Of a stretch of DNA of 64,000 nt, positions 29,191-39,680 are shown in pieces (the stretch's first letter is position 1; each line of letters begins with the position of its first letter). The stretch comes from Phormidium sp. (lineage in GTDB: Bacteria; Cyanobacteriota; Cyanobacteriia; Cyanobacteriales; Aerosakkonemataceae): positions 1,632,001-1,696,000 of the forward strand of contig CP143273.1 of the NCBI GenBank assembly GCA_051013385.1. Direction: 5' to 3'. The notes under the pieces are model-generated. The model searched no databases. It was given only the letters and a program-made list of their open reading frames with translations, and was not told the DNA's origin. A program made the position numbers and the translations under genes.

Positions 29191-29354
29191 AAGTAAGAAA
29201 TTTTGCCAAAAAGTGTCGGGAAAGTTTCGGGATTCCCGATACCGAATAAACCTCCCGAAACTCCCTAAAGCCGATTATAACTCAGCCTCAGCCGTTCCTT
29301 AAATTAGGTGATACCGAAATTCCAAACTCAAAATCACAGAGTTTGGAAGAGTTT

Positions 29355-29618
29355 ATGAAGTTATCCAATCAGCATAAATTAATGATTCTAGAGGCTACTG
29401 GTTCGGTCATAATTGGTTTAATTAATACCACTGCTGGAATTATCTTTACTATCGGAGTCGTAGGGTTACATTTACGGTTTGACAACAAGATACAACCATC
29501 TCGTTGTCCATTAGAACAAACATTAAAAAATCAGTTGATTCAACCACAATTGAACCAATGTAAAGATTGCCCTCTGCTTAAGGCTTTAAATCAAAAAAAA
29601 CGTAGTAAGCATAAATAG
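29355..29618 (+). CDS. small hypothetical membrane protein
   Basis: ORF with a hydrophobic segment and CKDC, divergent from the NB-ARC gene. Confidence 0.5.
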   Translation: MKLSNQHKLMILEATGSVIIGLINTTAGIIFTIGVVGLHLRFDNKIQPSRCPLEQTLKNQLIQPQLNQCKDCPLLKALNQKKRSKHK

Positions 29619-29671
29619 CCAATGCTGCTTTAGCGCTAAATAAGAGCGCTAAAGCGCAACAACGTACTTTT

Positions 29672-30136
29672 TTAACCTGCTTTCACGACAACGGAATTTC
29701 CTTCAATTTTCGCTTGGTAAGTTGCTAAAGGTTTCTTAGCAGGGCCTTTTAAAACTTTACCATCCGGGGCAAATTCTGAATCATGGCAAGGGCAATCAAA
29801 AAGCTTTTCGTCTTTCTTCCATTTAACTGTACAGTTGTTATGAGTACAAGTAGGATTAACAGCAATTAAACTGTTAGAATTACTTGGATTTCTAATAACT
29901 AAAACTGAACCGACGGGAGATCTTTTATTGAGAATTTGCCCGTCTTTATCTAGTGCGGCTACCGTACCAATAGATTGAAAACCGCTAGATTGGGCAATAG
30001 TAACTGATGGATTTGTTTCGGGAGTTTCGGCGTTAGCTGAGTTGTGGGAGTCGGGGAGACAAGTGGCGATCGCTACAGGTAAAGAACTCGCTACCGCACC
30101 AACACCTACCCAACCTAAAAATTCACGACGATTCAT
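29672..30136 (-). CDS. Rieske [2Fe-2S] protein with Tat signal
   Basis: Motifs NRREFL, CTHNNC and CPCHDS. Confidence 0.9.
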   Translation of the reverse strand: MNRREFLGWVGVGAVASSLPVAIATCLPDSHNSANAETPETNPSVTIAQSSGFQSIGTVAALDKDGQILNKRSPVGSVLVIRNPSNSNSLIAVNPTCTHNNCTVKWKKDEKLFDCPCHDSEFAPDGKVLKGPAKKPLATYQAKIEGNSVVVKAG

Positions 30137-30272
30137 AGTCTTTTCCCATGATTTTTTAGAAAACCAAGCAATTGAGAAGTATTTAGTGTGATTCAGAAGC
30201 GATCGACAACTAAATACTTCTCTTTAAACTATACTACTTCTTCCAATAGCTTTCAGGATATAAAACTCAAGA

Positions 30273-30557
30273 TTAGTTGTTTGAATTGTCGGAAGAACGG
30301 CGTTTATTAAACAAACCAGTCATACTTAAACCAGTTACTAGTAAGCCAATTAGTCCCAAACCGTTTAAAACTGGGTAAATCTTGTCTAAATGGATGATTT
30401 TCATTGTATGAATTCCCATCAAAAACCGTGATATTTCTTCTTCTTGGAACCATTCAAACAGAATGGTATAGACTACCCCAGTAATTACGGTTAGAATTAA
30501 TGGTAGGGAAATGGCGATCGCTATTTGCCGATGATACTTCCGAAAAACACGATTCAT
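30273..30557 (-). CDS. PepSY-associated TM-like small membrane protein
   Basis: Motifs FRKYHR...ITG and LMGIH. Confidence 0.6.
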   Translation of the reverse strand: MNRVFRKYHRQIAIAISLPLILTVITGVVYTILFEWFQEEEISRFLMGIHTMKIIHLDKIYPVLNGLGLIGLLVTGLSMTGLFNKRRSSDNSNN

Positions 30558-30672
30558 AAATTACCTCAAAAATAAACAGAGAGTCTGACTTTAAAGTAAG
30601 CAAGTAGAGTGCATCAGACTTAATAAATTAGTAAAAACTAACAATTTTTATATCTGAAGCACCCTGCACAAC

Positions 30673-31566
30673 CTAATTAAACCTAGCCAACAATTCTGCA
30701 CGGGATAAATTCAACAACAAAGCAGTTGAATCTGCTGGCGGTAATGCCAACAAAGGCTCAATAATTGCAGTTAGTTCCTCATCCAATTCCCCAAACTTAG
30801 CCCTCAATAAATTTTCCACAAAAATTCGTTGTCCTTGCCCAATACCTTGGTCAATACCCCGCTGAGTAGCTTCAGCTAAACGTTGTTCGTAAAGTGGTGA
30901 CAAACGCATAATTAAATCTTCCTCCTCTGGTGCTAAATTCTGGTTTACTTCTAATATAGCCTTGAGGTTACTTAATAACTCCAACACCACAATTCGCAAG
31001 GGGTCATTTTCTGGAAGGTTTGCTAATTGATCCATTGCTTGTTCCTGCACTCTCCCCTTGCCTAAAATTCGTAACCAAAGTGTTTCCGGGGTTGGCGGTA
31101 ATTGGTGAATTACCACTATTCCGGTTTTCAAATGTGCGGGGAGAAAATAAACTCCGCTGCCCCAGTTATCTACATCAAGTGTAGCGGCAAAACCTGCCAA
31201 AAGCGACTCTGATGCAGTGGGAGAAATTATCCAAAGATGAGGTAAATCTGTCTCTTCAACACGGGTATTATTTCGTCTTGCTTGACGTTCTAAAAAAGCA
31301 AAAACATCAAACAATTTGCCCATACAGCTACGAACATCACCCAAGTTGATAGCATTGCGGTAAGGTTCAAAAATTGCTGCTGTTGTCGCCAACCTTCCTA
31401 GTAATCCTAATTCAGTTGCATCGACAACTTCCGCCCTTGGTGCAAACCAAACATCGATTTCTCTAACTTCACCAGCAATATTCCGACTTGTTTCTACTTC
31501 TCCTAATGGTGATAACAATTCTTTGAGGTAGTCTTTTGCAAATTGGTCGTAAGGAAATACAGTCAT
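30673..31566 (-). CDS. conserved cyanobacterial hypothetical protein (Rpn/PD-(D/E)XK-like)
   Basis: Motifs DQFAKDYL, REIDVWF and ETLWLRILG; GIDQG repeats. Confidence 0.6.
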   Translation of the reverse strand: MTVFPYDQFAKDYLKELLSPLGEVETSRNIAGEVREIDVWFAPRAEVVDATELGLLGRLATTAAIFEPYRNAINLGDVRSCMGKLFDVFAFLERQARRNNTRVEETDLPHLWIISPTASESLLAGFAATLDVDNWGSGVYFLPAHLKTGIVVIHQLPPTPETLWLRILGKGRVQEQAMDQLANLPENDPLRIVVLELLSNLKAILEVNQNLAPEEEDLIMRLSPLYEQRLAEATQRGIDQGIGQGQRIFVENLLRAKFGELDEELTAIIEPLLALPPADSTALLLNLSRAELLARFN

Positions 31567-31780
31567 TCGATTTTGGATTTTGGATTTTGGATTTTAGATT
31601 ATCGTTAGAAGATTTGTCATTTGTTATTTGTCATGGGTAATTACATTCTCCTACCAACTAACGATTAGTTGAAATGTACGATCGCCTAATTCCCACCCTA
31701 AGATAGATGTAAGAAATCGCTCTGATATATGAAAATAATAACTTTAATTCTTTCGCTCTGCAAACGGAATCTATACAGCC

Positions 31781-32164
31781 ATGCAAAAATATATTCCTCT
31801 GATAGCAAGGGCTTTTCTTGCCGCAATTTTTCTGAAATCTGCTTTCGATAAAATCACAGGTTTTGCGGGAACACAAAAATATATGGCGCAGAATGGTATT
31901 CCGTTACAGTTAACAGGTTTGTTGTTGGTGGGTGCGATCGTATTTGAATTATTAGGCGGTTTTTCAGTGTTACTTGGTTATAAAGCACGTTGGGGAAGCA
32001 TTCTTTTAATTATCTTTTTAATCCCCGCTACTTTGATTTTTCACACTAATTTTGCTGACAGAATGCAAGTAATTCAATTTATGAAAAACTTGGCAATTTT
32101 AGGAGGATTATTAATGGTGTATTATTATGGTTCCGGGCGAGTTAGCTTGGATGAAAAAATTTAA
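31781..32164 (+). CDS. DoxX family membrane protein
   Basis: Motifs ELLGG, FH and FMKNLAILGGLL. Confidence 0.85.
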   Translation: MQKYIPLIARAFLAAIFLKSAFDKITGFAGTQKYMAQNGIPLQLTGLLLVGAIVFELLGGFSVLLGYKARWGSILLIIFLIPATLIFHTNFADRMQVIQFMKNLAILGGLLMVYYYGSGRVSLDEKI

Positions 32165-32186
32165 TTTAAGTAGATTTACTAGTGAA

Positions 32187-33161
32187 TCAATTTCCGTTAA
32201 ACTTACAACTTCCCCGCAAATAATCAAAAATATGTAACCCATATATTTGGGAAAGTTCCTCACAAATTTTCACGCCACGCACACTATTTCCTCGTTCATC
32301 CAACAGGGGAGAAAACACTGCTATTCCGATTTTATTTGGTACTACTACAATTAATCCCCCAGAAACGCCACTTTTTGCTGGAAGACCAACTTTATAAGCC
32401 CATTCCCCTGCAAAATTGTACATTCCACAGGTATACATCACGCTTAAAATATCGCGCACATAATCACTTTTTACTGCCTGTTCTCCTGTTACCGGATTAA
32501 CACCATTATTTGCTAAAGTCGCTGCCATTACTGCTAAATCTTGACAGTTCACCATTAAGGAACATTGCTGAAAATATAAATCTAAAACCTCTTCTATTTT
32601 ATGATCGATCATGCCAAAGTTTAGCATTAAATGAGCCATTGCTCGGTTGCGATGTCCGGTAGTTCTTTCGGACATAAACACAGAAATATCAATAAAAATA
32701 TCATGACCAATATATCGCCGGAACATCTCCAACATTCGGTTTAATCTTTCTGTTGGGCCGCAACCTTTGATTAAACTAGTAATAGCGATCGCACCAGCAT
32801 TTACCATAGGATTATATGGTCGTTTAGATATTTCATCTAATACAATTGAATTAAAAGCATCTCCCGTAGGTTCAACACCAACTTTTTTTAAAACAGCATC
32901 TCGACCATGTTCTTCTAGCGCCATTCCATAAACAAAAACTTTAGAAATTGACTGAATTGTAAATAAATGTTGGTAATCCCCGACTGTAAAGATTTGCCCA
33001 TCTATAGTCATGACACAGATACTAAACAATTCCGGGTTGACTTTCGCCAATTCTGGAATATAATTTGCTAACTTCCCTTCTTGTAAATGCTGATATTTAA
33101 GATGCAACTCTTGTAATACGGATAGTAAGGGCGATCGAATAACCTCAGATTCGTTAATCAT
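32187..33161 (-). CDS. glsA: glutaminase A
   Basis: Motifs [19 protein letters not shown] and PAKSGVSGG. Confidence 0.95.
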   Translation of the reverse strand: MINESEVIRSPLLSVLQELHLKYQHLQEGKLANYIPELAKVNPELFSICVMTIDGQIFTVGDYQHLFTIQSISKVFVYGMALEEHGRDAVLKKVGVEPTGDAFNSIVLDEISKRPYNPMVNAGAIAITSLIKGCGPTERLNRMLEMFRRYIGHDIFIDISVFMSERTTGHRNRAMAHLMLNFGMIDHKIEEVLDLYFQQCSLMVNCQDLAVMAATLANNGVNPVTGEQAVKSDYVRDILSVMYTCGMYNFAGEWAYKVGLPAKSGVSGGLIVVVPNKIGIAVFSPLLDERGNSVRGVKICEELSQIYGLHIFDYLRGSCKFNGN

Positions 33162-33245
33162 ATTTTGGACAACTTACCTGCAAAATAACCTCAGCTATAA
33201 CAATAACTCGAATTTTCTCTAAAATAGAAGAGAAAAACAACAAAA

Positions 33246-33348
33246 TAGGACTTACGCACCATAAGCCAAGAAACCCGGTTTTTCGTTACTACTCTAACGC
33301 TGAAACAACCCAATTACGTTAAAAAACCGGGTTTCTGCGTAAGTCCTA
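33246..33348. mobile_element. 103-bp MITE-like element; second copy at 49695-49797
   Basis: Terminal IR TAGGACTTACGCA...TGCGTAAGTCCTA with internal AAACCCGG/CCGGGTTT. Confidence 0.75.
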
Positions 33349-33381
33349 CAAAAATAACTCTGTAAATCGCAAGATTAGGAA

Positions 33382-34356
33382 ATGTCAATGAAAAAATGGT
33401 GGTTAGCGACTGTCGGATTTACAATCTCAATAGCAATAATTTTAGGCTCTTTCAAGCCCATTTCCGCACAAAATATTCCCCAAATTTATGTCTTTGGTGA
33501 TAGTCTTTCTGATGTAGGCAATGTTTACCTAGCTACTAACGGTAATAGTCCCCCAAGTCCACCTTATTTTAAAGGGCGTTATTCTGATGGCCCTGTTTGG
33601 GTAGAATATCTCGCATCTGAGTTAAAATTAACTTCTAATCTAAATAATAACTTTGCTTATGGAGGTGCTAAAACAGGCGATTCGCAAGATTTACCGCCAG
33701 GAGTTTTAACCCAAATTCAAAGATTTAAAGCTAAAAATTCCAATGCCAATTCTAACGCCCTTTATATTATTTGGGCTGGTGCTAATGATTACTTGGGGGG
33801 CGCGACAAATACTACTACACCTATTAATAATTTAGCTACATCAGTCAAGCGTTTGGCGGAAATTGGGGCGAAAAATATTGTTGTCGTTAACTTGCCAGAT
33901 TTAGGTAAACTTCCCGCTACTCGCACAACTGAACGCGCCAATTTACTCAGCAGTTTAACTCAAAGACATAACTCAGGATTAGCTGCATCTCTAAAAAGTT
34001 TGCGTCAGGAATTTGGTGATACTAATATTCGCTATGTTGATGTTAATGCTTTATTTAATCAAGTTTATAATTCCCCTGGAAAGTACGGATTAAATAACGT
34101 AACTCAACCTTGTTTTCGGGAAGGTGTTGTCTGCGATCGCCCCAACGAATACTTATTTTGGGATGGAATTCATCCTTCAACCGCTGCCCATAAATTATTA
34201 GTAAAATTAGCCTCAGCTAAACTAAAAGCTAATCCCAAATCTGCGGCTAACTCATCAACTAAATTAGTGCTACCTTTAAGTATTCTGATATTTACTATTT
34301 TTGCTGTAAGTTTAATTATGTGGAAGCAAAGAAAACGGATCGGAAATCGTTCTTAA
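33382..34356 (+). CDS. SGNH/GDSL hydrolase, secreted with C-terminal membrane anchor
   Basis: Motifs FGDSLSD, GRYSDG, GAND and WDGIHP. Confidence 0.9.
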   Translation: MSMKKWWLATVGFTISIAIILGSFKPISAQNIPQIYVFGDSLSDVGNVYLATNGNSPPSPPYFKGRYSDGPVWVEYLASELKLTSNLNNNFAYGGAKTGDSQDLPPGVLTQIQRFKAKNSNANSNALYIIWAGANDYLGGATNTTTPINNLATSVKRLAEIGAKNIVVVNLPDLGKLPATRTTERANLLSSLTQRHNSGLAASLKSLRQEFGDTNIRYVDVNALFNQVYNSPGKYGLNNVTQPCFREGVVCDRPNEYLFWDGIHPSTAAHKLLVKLASAKLKANPKSAANSSTKLVLPLSILIFTIFAVSLIMWKQRKRIGNRS

Positions 34357-34417
34357 ACATCAAACTAAAAATTTCCTCTAAAATAGAAGAGAAACTCGCT
34401 AAAACGCCGTAACAAAA

Positions 34418-35437
34418 TTGACTAACTTACCACTAGAAATTAGTATTGTTTTATTTATTGTCTCAGCTGCGGTAATAGTCGTCAGTGGTACTTTCATAGC
34501 TGGAATTGCCGATCGCCTAGCCCAAAAAACCAAACTCGGACAAGCATTAATGGGTGCTTTATTCTTAGGATTTAGCACCTCTTTGCCAGGAATTGTTACT
34601 TCAGTCACCGCCGCTTTAGGTAACTATCCAGTATTAGCATTGAGTAATGCGCTAGGTGATATTGCTGTACAAACAGCGTTTTTAGGAATAGCTGATATCA
34701 CTTATTTAGAAGCGAATTTAGAATACGCTGCGGCTTCTGCTGCAACTTTAACTCAAGGAAGTTTACTAATAGTTTTACTCACCATTCCTTTACTAGCAAC
34801 TGCTTATCCTCTGATTAACTTTTGGGGAATTCATCCTGCTTCTATTGGATTAGTTGTTACTTATATATTTGGCTTGCGTTTAGTATCATCTGCCTACAGT
34901 TCCCCGATGTGGAAAACGCAAGATCCAGAAAATATTGAAACATTAATCGAAGAAAAAGATAATTCTTCAATAATTAAGTTATGGGTATATTTCATATTAC
35001 TTGCTGCCGTTCTAGCTGTTGCTGGCTATGTAGTTGAACAAGCTGGTGTTACTATTGCTAATTCCACCAATCTTTCCGAAAATGCTGTGGGTAGTTTGTT
35101 CACTGCAATTTGTACATCATTGCCGGAATTAGTAACTACGATCGCAGCTGTACAACGTCGCGCATTTACTTTAGCCGTAAGTGGCGTTCTCGGTGGCAAT
35201 AGTTTTGATGTATTAGTTTTAGCTTTGTGCGATCTCGCTGATCACAAAGGTTCAATTTATCACGCTTTAACAGAACACCAAGTATTTCTTTTAGCTTTAA
35301 CTATTTTAATGACTGCAATTCTACTCTTGGGCTTGTTGCGGCGCGAAAAACATGGCATTGGCAACATTGGCTTTGAGAGTTTTCTGTTATTACTGTTGTA
35401 TCTGGGCGGATTTTTGCTAGTGTTTTTTTCCGGCTAA
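34418..35437 (+). CDS. sodium:calcium antiporter family protein
   Basis: TSLP repeats (STSLPG, CTSLPE) and GGNSFD. Confidence 0.8.
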   Translation: MTNLPLEISIVLFIVSAAVIVVSGTFIAGIADRLAQKTKLGQALMGALFLGFSTSLPGIVTSVTAALGNYPVLALSNALGDIAVQTAFLGIADITYLEANLEYAAASAATLTQGSLLIVLLTIPLLATAYPLINFWGIHPASIGLVVTYIFGLRLVSSAYSSPMWKTQDPENIETLIEEKDNSSIIKLWVYFILLAAVLAVAGYVVEQAGVTIANSTNLSENAVGSLFTAICTSLPELVTTIAAVQRRAFTLAVSGVLGGNSFDVLVLALCDLADHKGSIYHALTEHQVFLLALTILMTAILLLGLLRREKHGIGNIGFESFLLLLLYLGGFLLVFFSG

Positions 35438-35509
35438 AAAATCTGGTAAAACCAAATTTGATTTTACCAGCTTTATACTTGTGCAATACCTGTCTTACTT
35501 TTACTAGAA

Positions 35510-35704
35510 TTAGTAACTATCTTGACCTGGAACTTTCTCAGCGTCTTTGTTTGATGAAGCTAAATTCAAAGCTGCGTCACGGATCGCTTGCCACTGGCAA
35601 AGGAGTTCGTTAACGTTTAAGTCTTTGGATTTGTATTGCTCGATCGCTTCTTCGAGTTCTTGAATATTGTGAAGAACTGGAACTTCATACGTAACTTCTG
35701 ACAT
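35510..35704 (-). CDS. hypothetical protein
   Basis: 64-aa ORF with a GGAG-like RBS upstream. Confidence 0.45.
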   Translation of the reverse strand: MSEVTYEVPVLHNIQELEEAIEQYKSKDLNVNELLCQWQAIRDAALNLASSNKDAEKVPGQDSY

Positions 35705-36020
35705 AATCCCACCTCCATTGGCAGTGATAAGGCTGCGATGAACACCTATAGTTTTCTATTGTAATCAGATCGCCAAATAAACTGTATCTGTAATAACAAT
35801 CTGTAACTCTAGTTATTTAAATGTTATCACTAATAACAATTTGTAATTACTTTTAACTTAAGTGAGGTAAATCACTCGTGAAGCTGTCGCCAGTCACTCT
35901 ATATATGGAAGTGCGATCGCAAATTCTCGCCATAACGATCACAAACAATTACTTTGTCAAGTCACCGGAAAAACTGGTTGTAGGGATGAAGATAGAAATA
36001 TGAATTATTGAGGTAACTAT

Positions 36021-36326
36021 ATGACTGTTATTACTAGCAACTATCACAAATCCCCCAGTATTGTAGATTACATTTTACATCCAGTTCGCCAATTTTTAGA
36101 TGACATTGATGTGCGCGATCGCCAATTTGCCCAGCTAGTTTGCCGTTTAATTCCCTCACAATGTCCCTTTGCTAGAGATATTAAAGTGTTTGGGAAAACA
36201 GTTTTACACATTCCCCCTCTTTGTAAAATTAATCCTCTCTACGATCAACTGATGAGTTTACGCTTTCGCGCTTTGTCTTACCTAGCCGATCAATGTGGAG
36301 AAGATATTACCATTTATTGCCTTTAA
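36021..36326 (+). CDS. Mo-dependent nitrogenase C-terminal domain-like protein
   Basis: Motifs IPSQCPFARD, IPPLCKINPLY and LRFRAL. Confidence 0.8.
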   Translation: MTVITSNYHKSPSIVDYILHPVRQFLDDIDVRDRQFAQLVCRLIPSQCPFARDIKVFGKTVLHIPPLCKINPLYDQLMSLRFRALSYLADQCGEDITIYCL

Positions 36327-36378
36327 TTAGTCATTGGTCATTGGTCATTGGTCATTTGTTAAAGTTAATCACTAACTG

Positions 36379-36876
36379 CTACCATGCTTTCAATAATTTA
36401 TCGAAAAAGCTGGTAACTGTTTCTTTAAATTGGTAGCGTCGATACCACTGCTGAAACGCCCTTTCGTATTCCTCACCATCAGATTGAAAGGTATTCCAGG
36501 CATTTAGTCCTAAACCTAAACCCCACAATAATAAAAGATATAGCGACCAAGTTAAATGTCCAACTACTACAAAGTTGAACAACATTAAAAATGAATTAGT
36601 AATTGCATATCTACCAAAGTGTCTTTTAAATTTACTCCGGCGATATAAGTTAAATTCCTGGCGCTTCCTTTGTTCTCCTTGTCTAGCTACCCATTCTGAT
36701 TCCGCTAATTCTAATGTTTGCGGATCTATATCTAACTCGTCAGCGATTTCCCACAGTTGTTCGCGGGTAAATTCTCCATCGTTAACTTGCCGGGAAATGG
36801 CGATTTGGAGAATTTGTTGGATGTCTTCTTGTTTGTAATAGCGGGTGACTTGGTTGTTTTGAGATGTTGGTGTCAT
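36379..36876 (-). CDS. 2TM domain protein
   Basis: Motif YKQEDIQQIL; two TM segments ending WGLGL. Confidence 0.7.
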   Translation of the reverse strand: MTPTSQNNQVTRYYKQEDIQQILQIAISRQVNDGEFTREQLWEIADELDIDPQTLELAESEWVARQGEQRKRQEFNLYRRSKFKRHFGRYAITNSFLMLFNFVVVGHLTWSLYLLLLWGLGLGLNAWNTFQSDGEEYERAFQQWYRRYQFKETVTSFFDKLLKAW

Positions 36877-37182
36877 GGGATTTTTTATTTAAACTGCAAA
36901 AGTTGATCTTAAATTTTTATATTTTCTAGGTTAGGTCTTGTGATTCTGACTTATGCTTTTTTTTGAACCACTCCAGACGCTCCAGGACGCAGAGAAAGAG
37001 AGGAGGGGTACTCTTATATTATGCCGAAATTGTTAGGTATTTTGTTCGCGATCGGCAAAACCGAACCTTAAATGACGGAAAATACGAAAGTTTAAAAATG
37101 AAAACAATAGTTACATTTTGTCACAATTAAAGATAACAGAGGATAAAATTATCTTCTATAAGCTGAAATCAGAGGCAACCAA

Positions 37183-38277
37183 ATGAACGGTTCTATTCGC
37201 ATTGGTAATTTATTTGGCATTCCCTTTTTCGTCCATCCCACTTGGTTTTTCATTTTGGGGTTGGTGACGTTAAGCTATAGCAGCCAACTGGGTTTAGTAC
37301 TGGGATTAATTGTAGCTTTATCGCTATTTGCCTCTGTCTTGGCGCATGAACTAGGACATAGTTTCGCTGCTATTCGTCAGGGAATAGAAGTCAAATCAAT
37401 TACTTTGTTTTTGTTTGGTGGTTTGGCTAATTTAGCGGAAGAATCTAAGACTCCAGCAGGGGCTTTTTGGGTGGCGATCGCAGGCCCATTAGTTAGTTTT
37501 CTGCTGTTTGGATTGTTCACATTTCTTAGTGTGGGCGCTGGCATTTATGGGCCTTGGGCAGTAGTTTTAGGATTGCTAGCTTATACTAACCTCGCATTGG
37601 GTTTATTTAACTTAATTCCTGGCTTACCTTTAGATGGTGGAAATGTTCTGAAAGCCCTGGTTTGGAAAATCACTGGTAATCCTTTTAAAGGTGTGATTTT
37701 CGCTGGTAGATTTGGTCAAATTTTTGGTTTACTAGGAATTAGTTTCGGGCTATCAATTGTTTTAGGATTCTTGGGAAGAGGCTTGGCAGGTGGTTTGTGG
37801 TACGCTTTAATTGGTTGGTTCTTGTTCCAAAATGCTGGTCGTGCTACTCAATATGCTAAATTGCAAAATCAACTCACCAATTTGAAAGCTGAAGAAGCAG
37901 TAAATCCTAACAGTCCAATTGTTTTAGAGTCGATTTCTTTGCGAAAGTTAGCTAATGATTATGTGATTGGTAAAGATCTTTGGCGCAAGTTTTTAGTCAT
38001 CGATGAACAAGGACGGTTAGTAGGAGAAATGGCTATTGATGACATGAGAACTGTTTCCACCGATCTTTGGCCCTTCACTCCAGTAAGAGAACTGACAAAA
38101 CCTGTAGATCAAACTAAGGTAGTAAGTTCTAATCAATCTTTGCTTGATGTGGCAAAGTTAATCGAACAAACTAATGTTACTGAACTACCTGTGGTTCAAG
38201 CTGATGGTGTGTTAGTAGGATTGTTGGAAAAAGATTCGATCGCCAAACTGTTAGAAGCAAAACTACAAAAACGCTAA
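37183..38277 (+). CDS. site-2 protease (M50) with CBS domains
   Basis: Motifs HELGH, AIAGP and FNLIPGLPLDGG. Confidence 0.9.
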   Translation: MNGSIRIGNLFGIPFFVHPTWFFILGLVTLSYSSQLGLVLGLIVALSLFASVLAHELGHSFAAIRQGIEVKSITLFLFGGLANLAEESKTPAGAFWVAIAGPLVSFLLFGLFTFLSVGAGIYGPWAVVLGLLAYTNLALGLFNLIPGLPLDGGNVLKALVWKITGNPFKGVIFAGRFGQIFGLLGISFGLSIVLGFLGRGLAGGLWYALIGWFLFQNAGRATQYAKLQNQLTNLKAEEAVNPNSPIVLESISLRKLANDYVIGKDLWRKFLVIDEQGRLVGEMAIDDMRTVSTDLWPFTPVRELTKPVDQTKVVSSNQSLLDVAKLIEQTNVTELPVVQADGVLVGLLEKDSIAKLLEAKLQKR

Positions 38278-38346
38278 CTTTTTGAAGGCAGAAGGTAAGA
38301 GGTAAAACTTAGGTTAATTTCACTTACTCGCCAACTGCTACAAGTT

Positions 38347-39045
38347 CTAGTCCAGCAACCAAGTATTAGAGGCGAAATCATCTGAATTATCAGTTGCTTG
38401 TGAGGGGAAATGTAAGTGTTTCCCTTCTTTTCTTATTTGTCTAACTGGTAATTGTGCGGGTTTTGTTGCTAATGGTGCAGGTTTTGTTGCTAATGGTGCG
38501 GGTTTGGGTTGTAAGTCTTCCAATTTCTTTCTTAACTGTTTTACCTCTTCTTCAATTTCCGAGTTAGCATTTGCTAATTGCAGGGAAGTTTTCTTAGCTT
38601 CGTCTAACTCTTTTTTCATTTGGTTAGTTTTTTCTAACTTTTGTTCCTGCTGTTTGAGCAATTTTTTCTGGCTGTCTAATTCCGATCGCAATTCCGTCAG
38701 TTCTTTTTCTAGCTTGGCTTCATTTTGCTGGGATTTGATCAAGTGCGATCGTAATTCCCCAATTTCTTTTTGCAAACTTGCTTCATTATCTTTAGCTGTG
38801 TCTAAAGTTGCTTGCAATTTGGCTACTGTTGTTTCTAATTCGGCTTTAGTGGGTGTGTTGTGTTTCGCAGAAGTTTTATCATTTGTGCTAACTTCTTCTG
38901 TTACTTCCTCCGCTGTAACTTCCACTGCTTCAACTACTGGCACATCGATGACTCCGTTATCATTATTGTTAACAGTTTCTTCTTCGGAATTTGTGCCTTT
39001 TTTTGCTTCTTGACGCAGTAAGTCAGAAAGATTTTTCCTTGCCAT
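38347..39045 (-). CDS. mcdB: coiled-coil ParA partner, probable carboxysome positioning protein McdB
   Basis: Charged N-terminus, long coiled coil, Trp four residues from the C-terminus (TWLLD), directly downstream of a ParA gene. Confidence 0.65.
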   Translation of the reverse strand: MARKNLSDLLRQEAKKGTNSEEETVNNNDNGVIDVPVVEAVEVTAEEVTEEVSTNDKTSAKHNTPTKAELETTVAKLQATLDTAKDNEASLQKEIGELRSHLIKSQQNEAKLEKELTELRSELDSQKKLLKQQEQKLEKTNQMKKELDEAKKTSLQLANANSEIEEEVKQLRKKLEDLQPKPAPLATKPAPLATKPAQLPVRQIRKEGKHLHFPSQATDNSDDFASNTWLLD

Positions 39046-39050
39046 AATTG

Positions 39051-39680
39051 TTACCTCCAATCTCGCTGTAATTCGTTAGCAACTCGGCGGTAGTCAGCTT
39101 CAGCCTCCCGCGCATTTTTGCCGCGCCAATGTGTAATTGGTACGCCATCTAAAGCGGCTCTTTCGTGAGCTTTATAAGCCCGAACAAAAGCATGACAAGC
39201 GGGGATTCCTAGTTCTAAAAGCGTGTTTTGCGCTTCTAGTGCTTCGCCCAAACTCCGCGAATCAACTTTTGTTAACAACACACGATGGGCGATACCTTTC
39301 GGTGTCACTGCTTCCCTGACTGTTTCAATCAGTACGGCTAAATCCATTGGTGCTGGAGGTGTGGGCAAAACTAGATAATCTGCGATCGCTATCACGGCTG
39401 CTAGTGCTTCCGAGTGCAGCGCCGGAGGTGTGTCTACCACAACTAAATCATAGCCTTCAATCTTGCGTAGGCGATTCAAAAGTTTAGGATTTGTTTCTTG
39501 GGCTAAGTCAAATCCCCAGGAATCCTTACTTCGCCCAAACCACCAACTGGCGGAACCTTGAATATCTGCATCAACTAAAAGAACTTCTGATTTCTCCGCG
39601 AGGGTTGCAGCTAAATTAATAGCTGTAGTCGTTTTTCCTACGCCCCCCTTACCGTTTAGAATTGCGATGATTTTAGGCAC
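39051..39680 (-). CDS. mcdA: ParA-family ATPase, probable McdA
   Basis: Motifs KGGVGKTT, DADIQ and VDTPP. Confidence 0.7.
   Translation of the reverse strand: MPKIIAILNGKGGVGKTTTAINLAATLAEKSEVLLVDADIQGSASWWFGRSKDSWGFDLAQETNPKLLNRLRKIEGYDLVVVDTPPALHSEALAAVIAIADYLVLPTPPAPMDLAVLIETVREAVTPKGIAHRVLLTKVDSRSLGEALEAQNTLLELGIPACHAFVRAYKAHERAALDGVPITHWRGKNAREAEADYRRVANELQRDWR

Noticed and set aside
35750..35860. NtcA binding sites
   Set aside because: Several GTA-containing motifs are present, but I found no clean GTA-N8-TAC.
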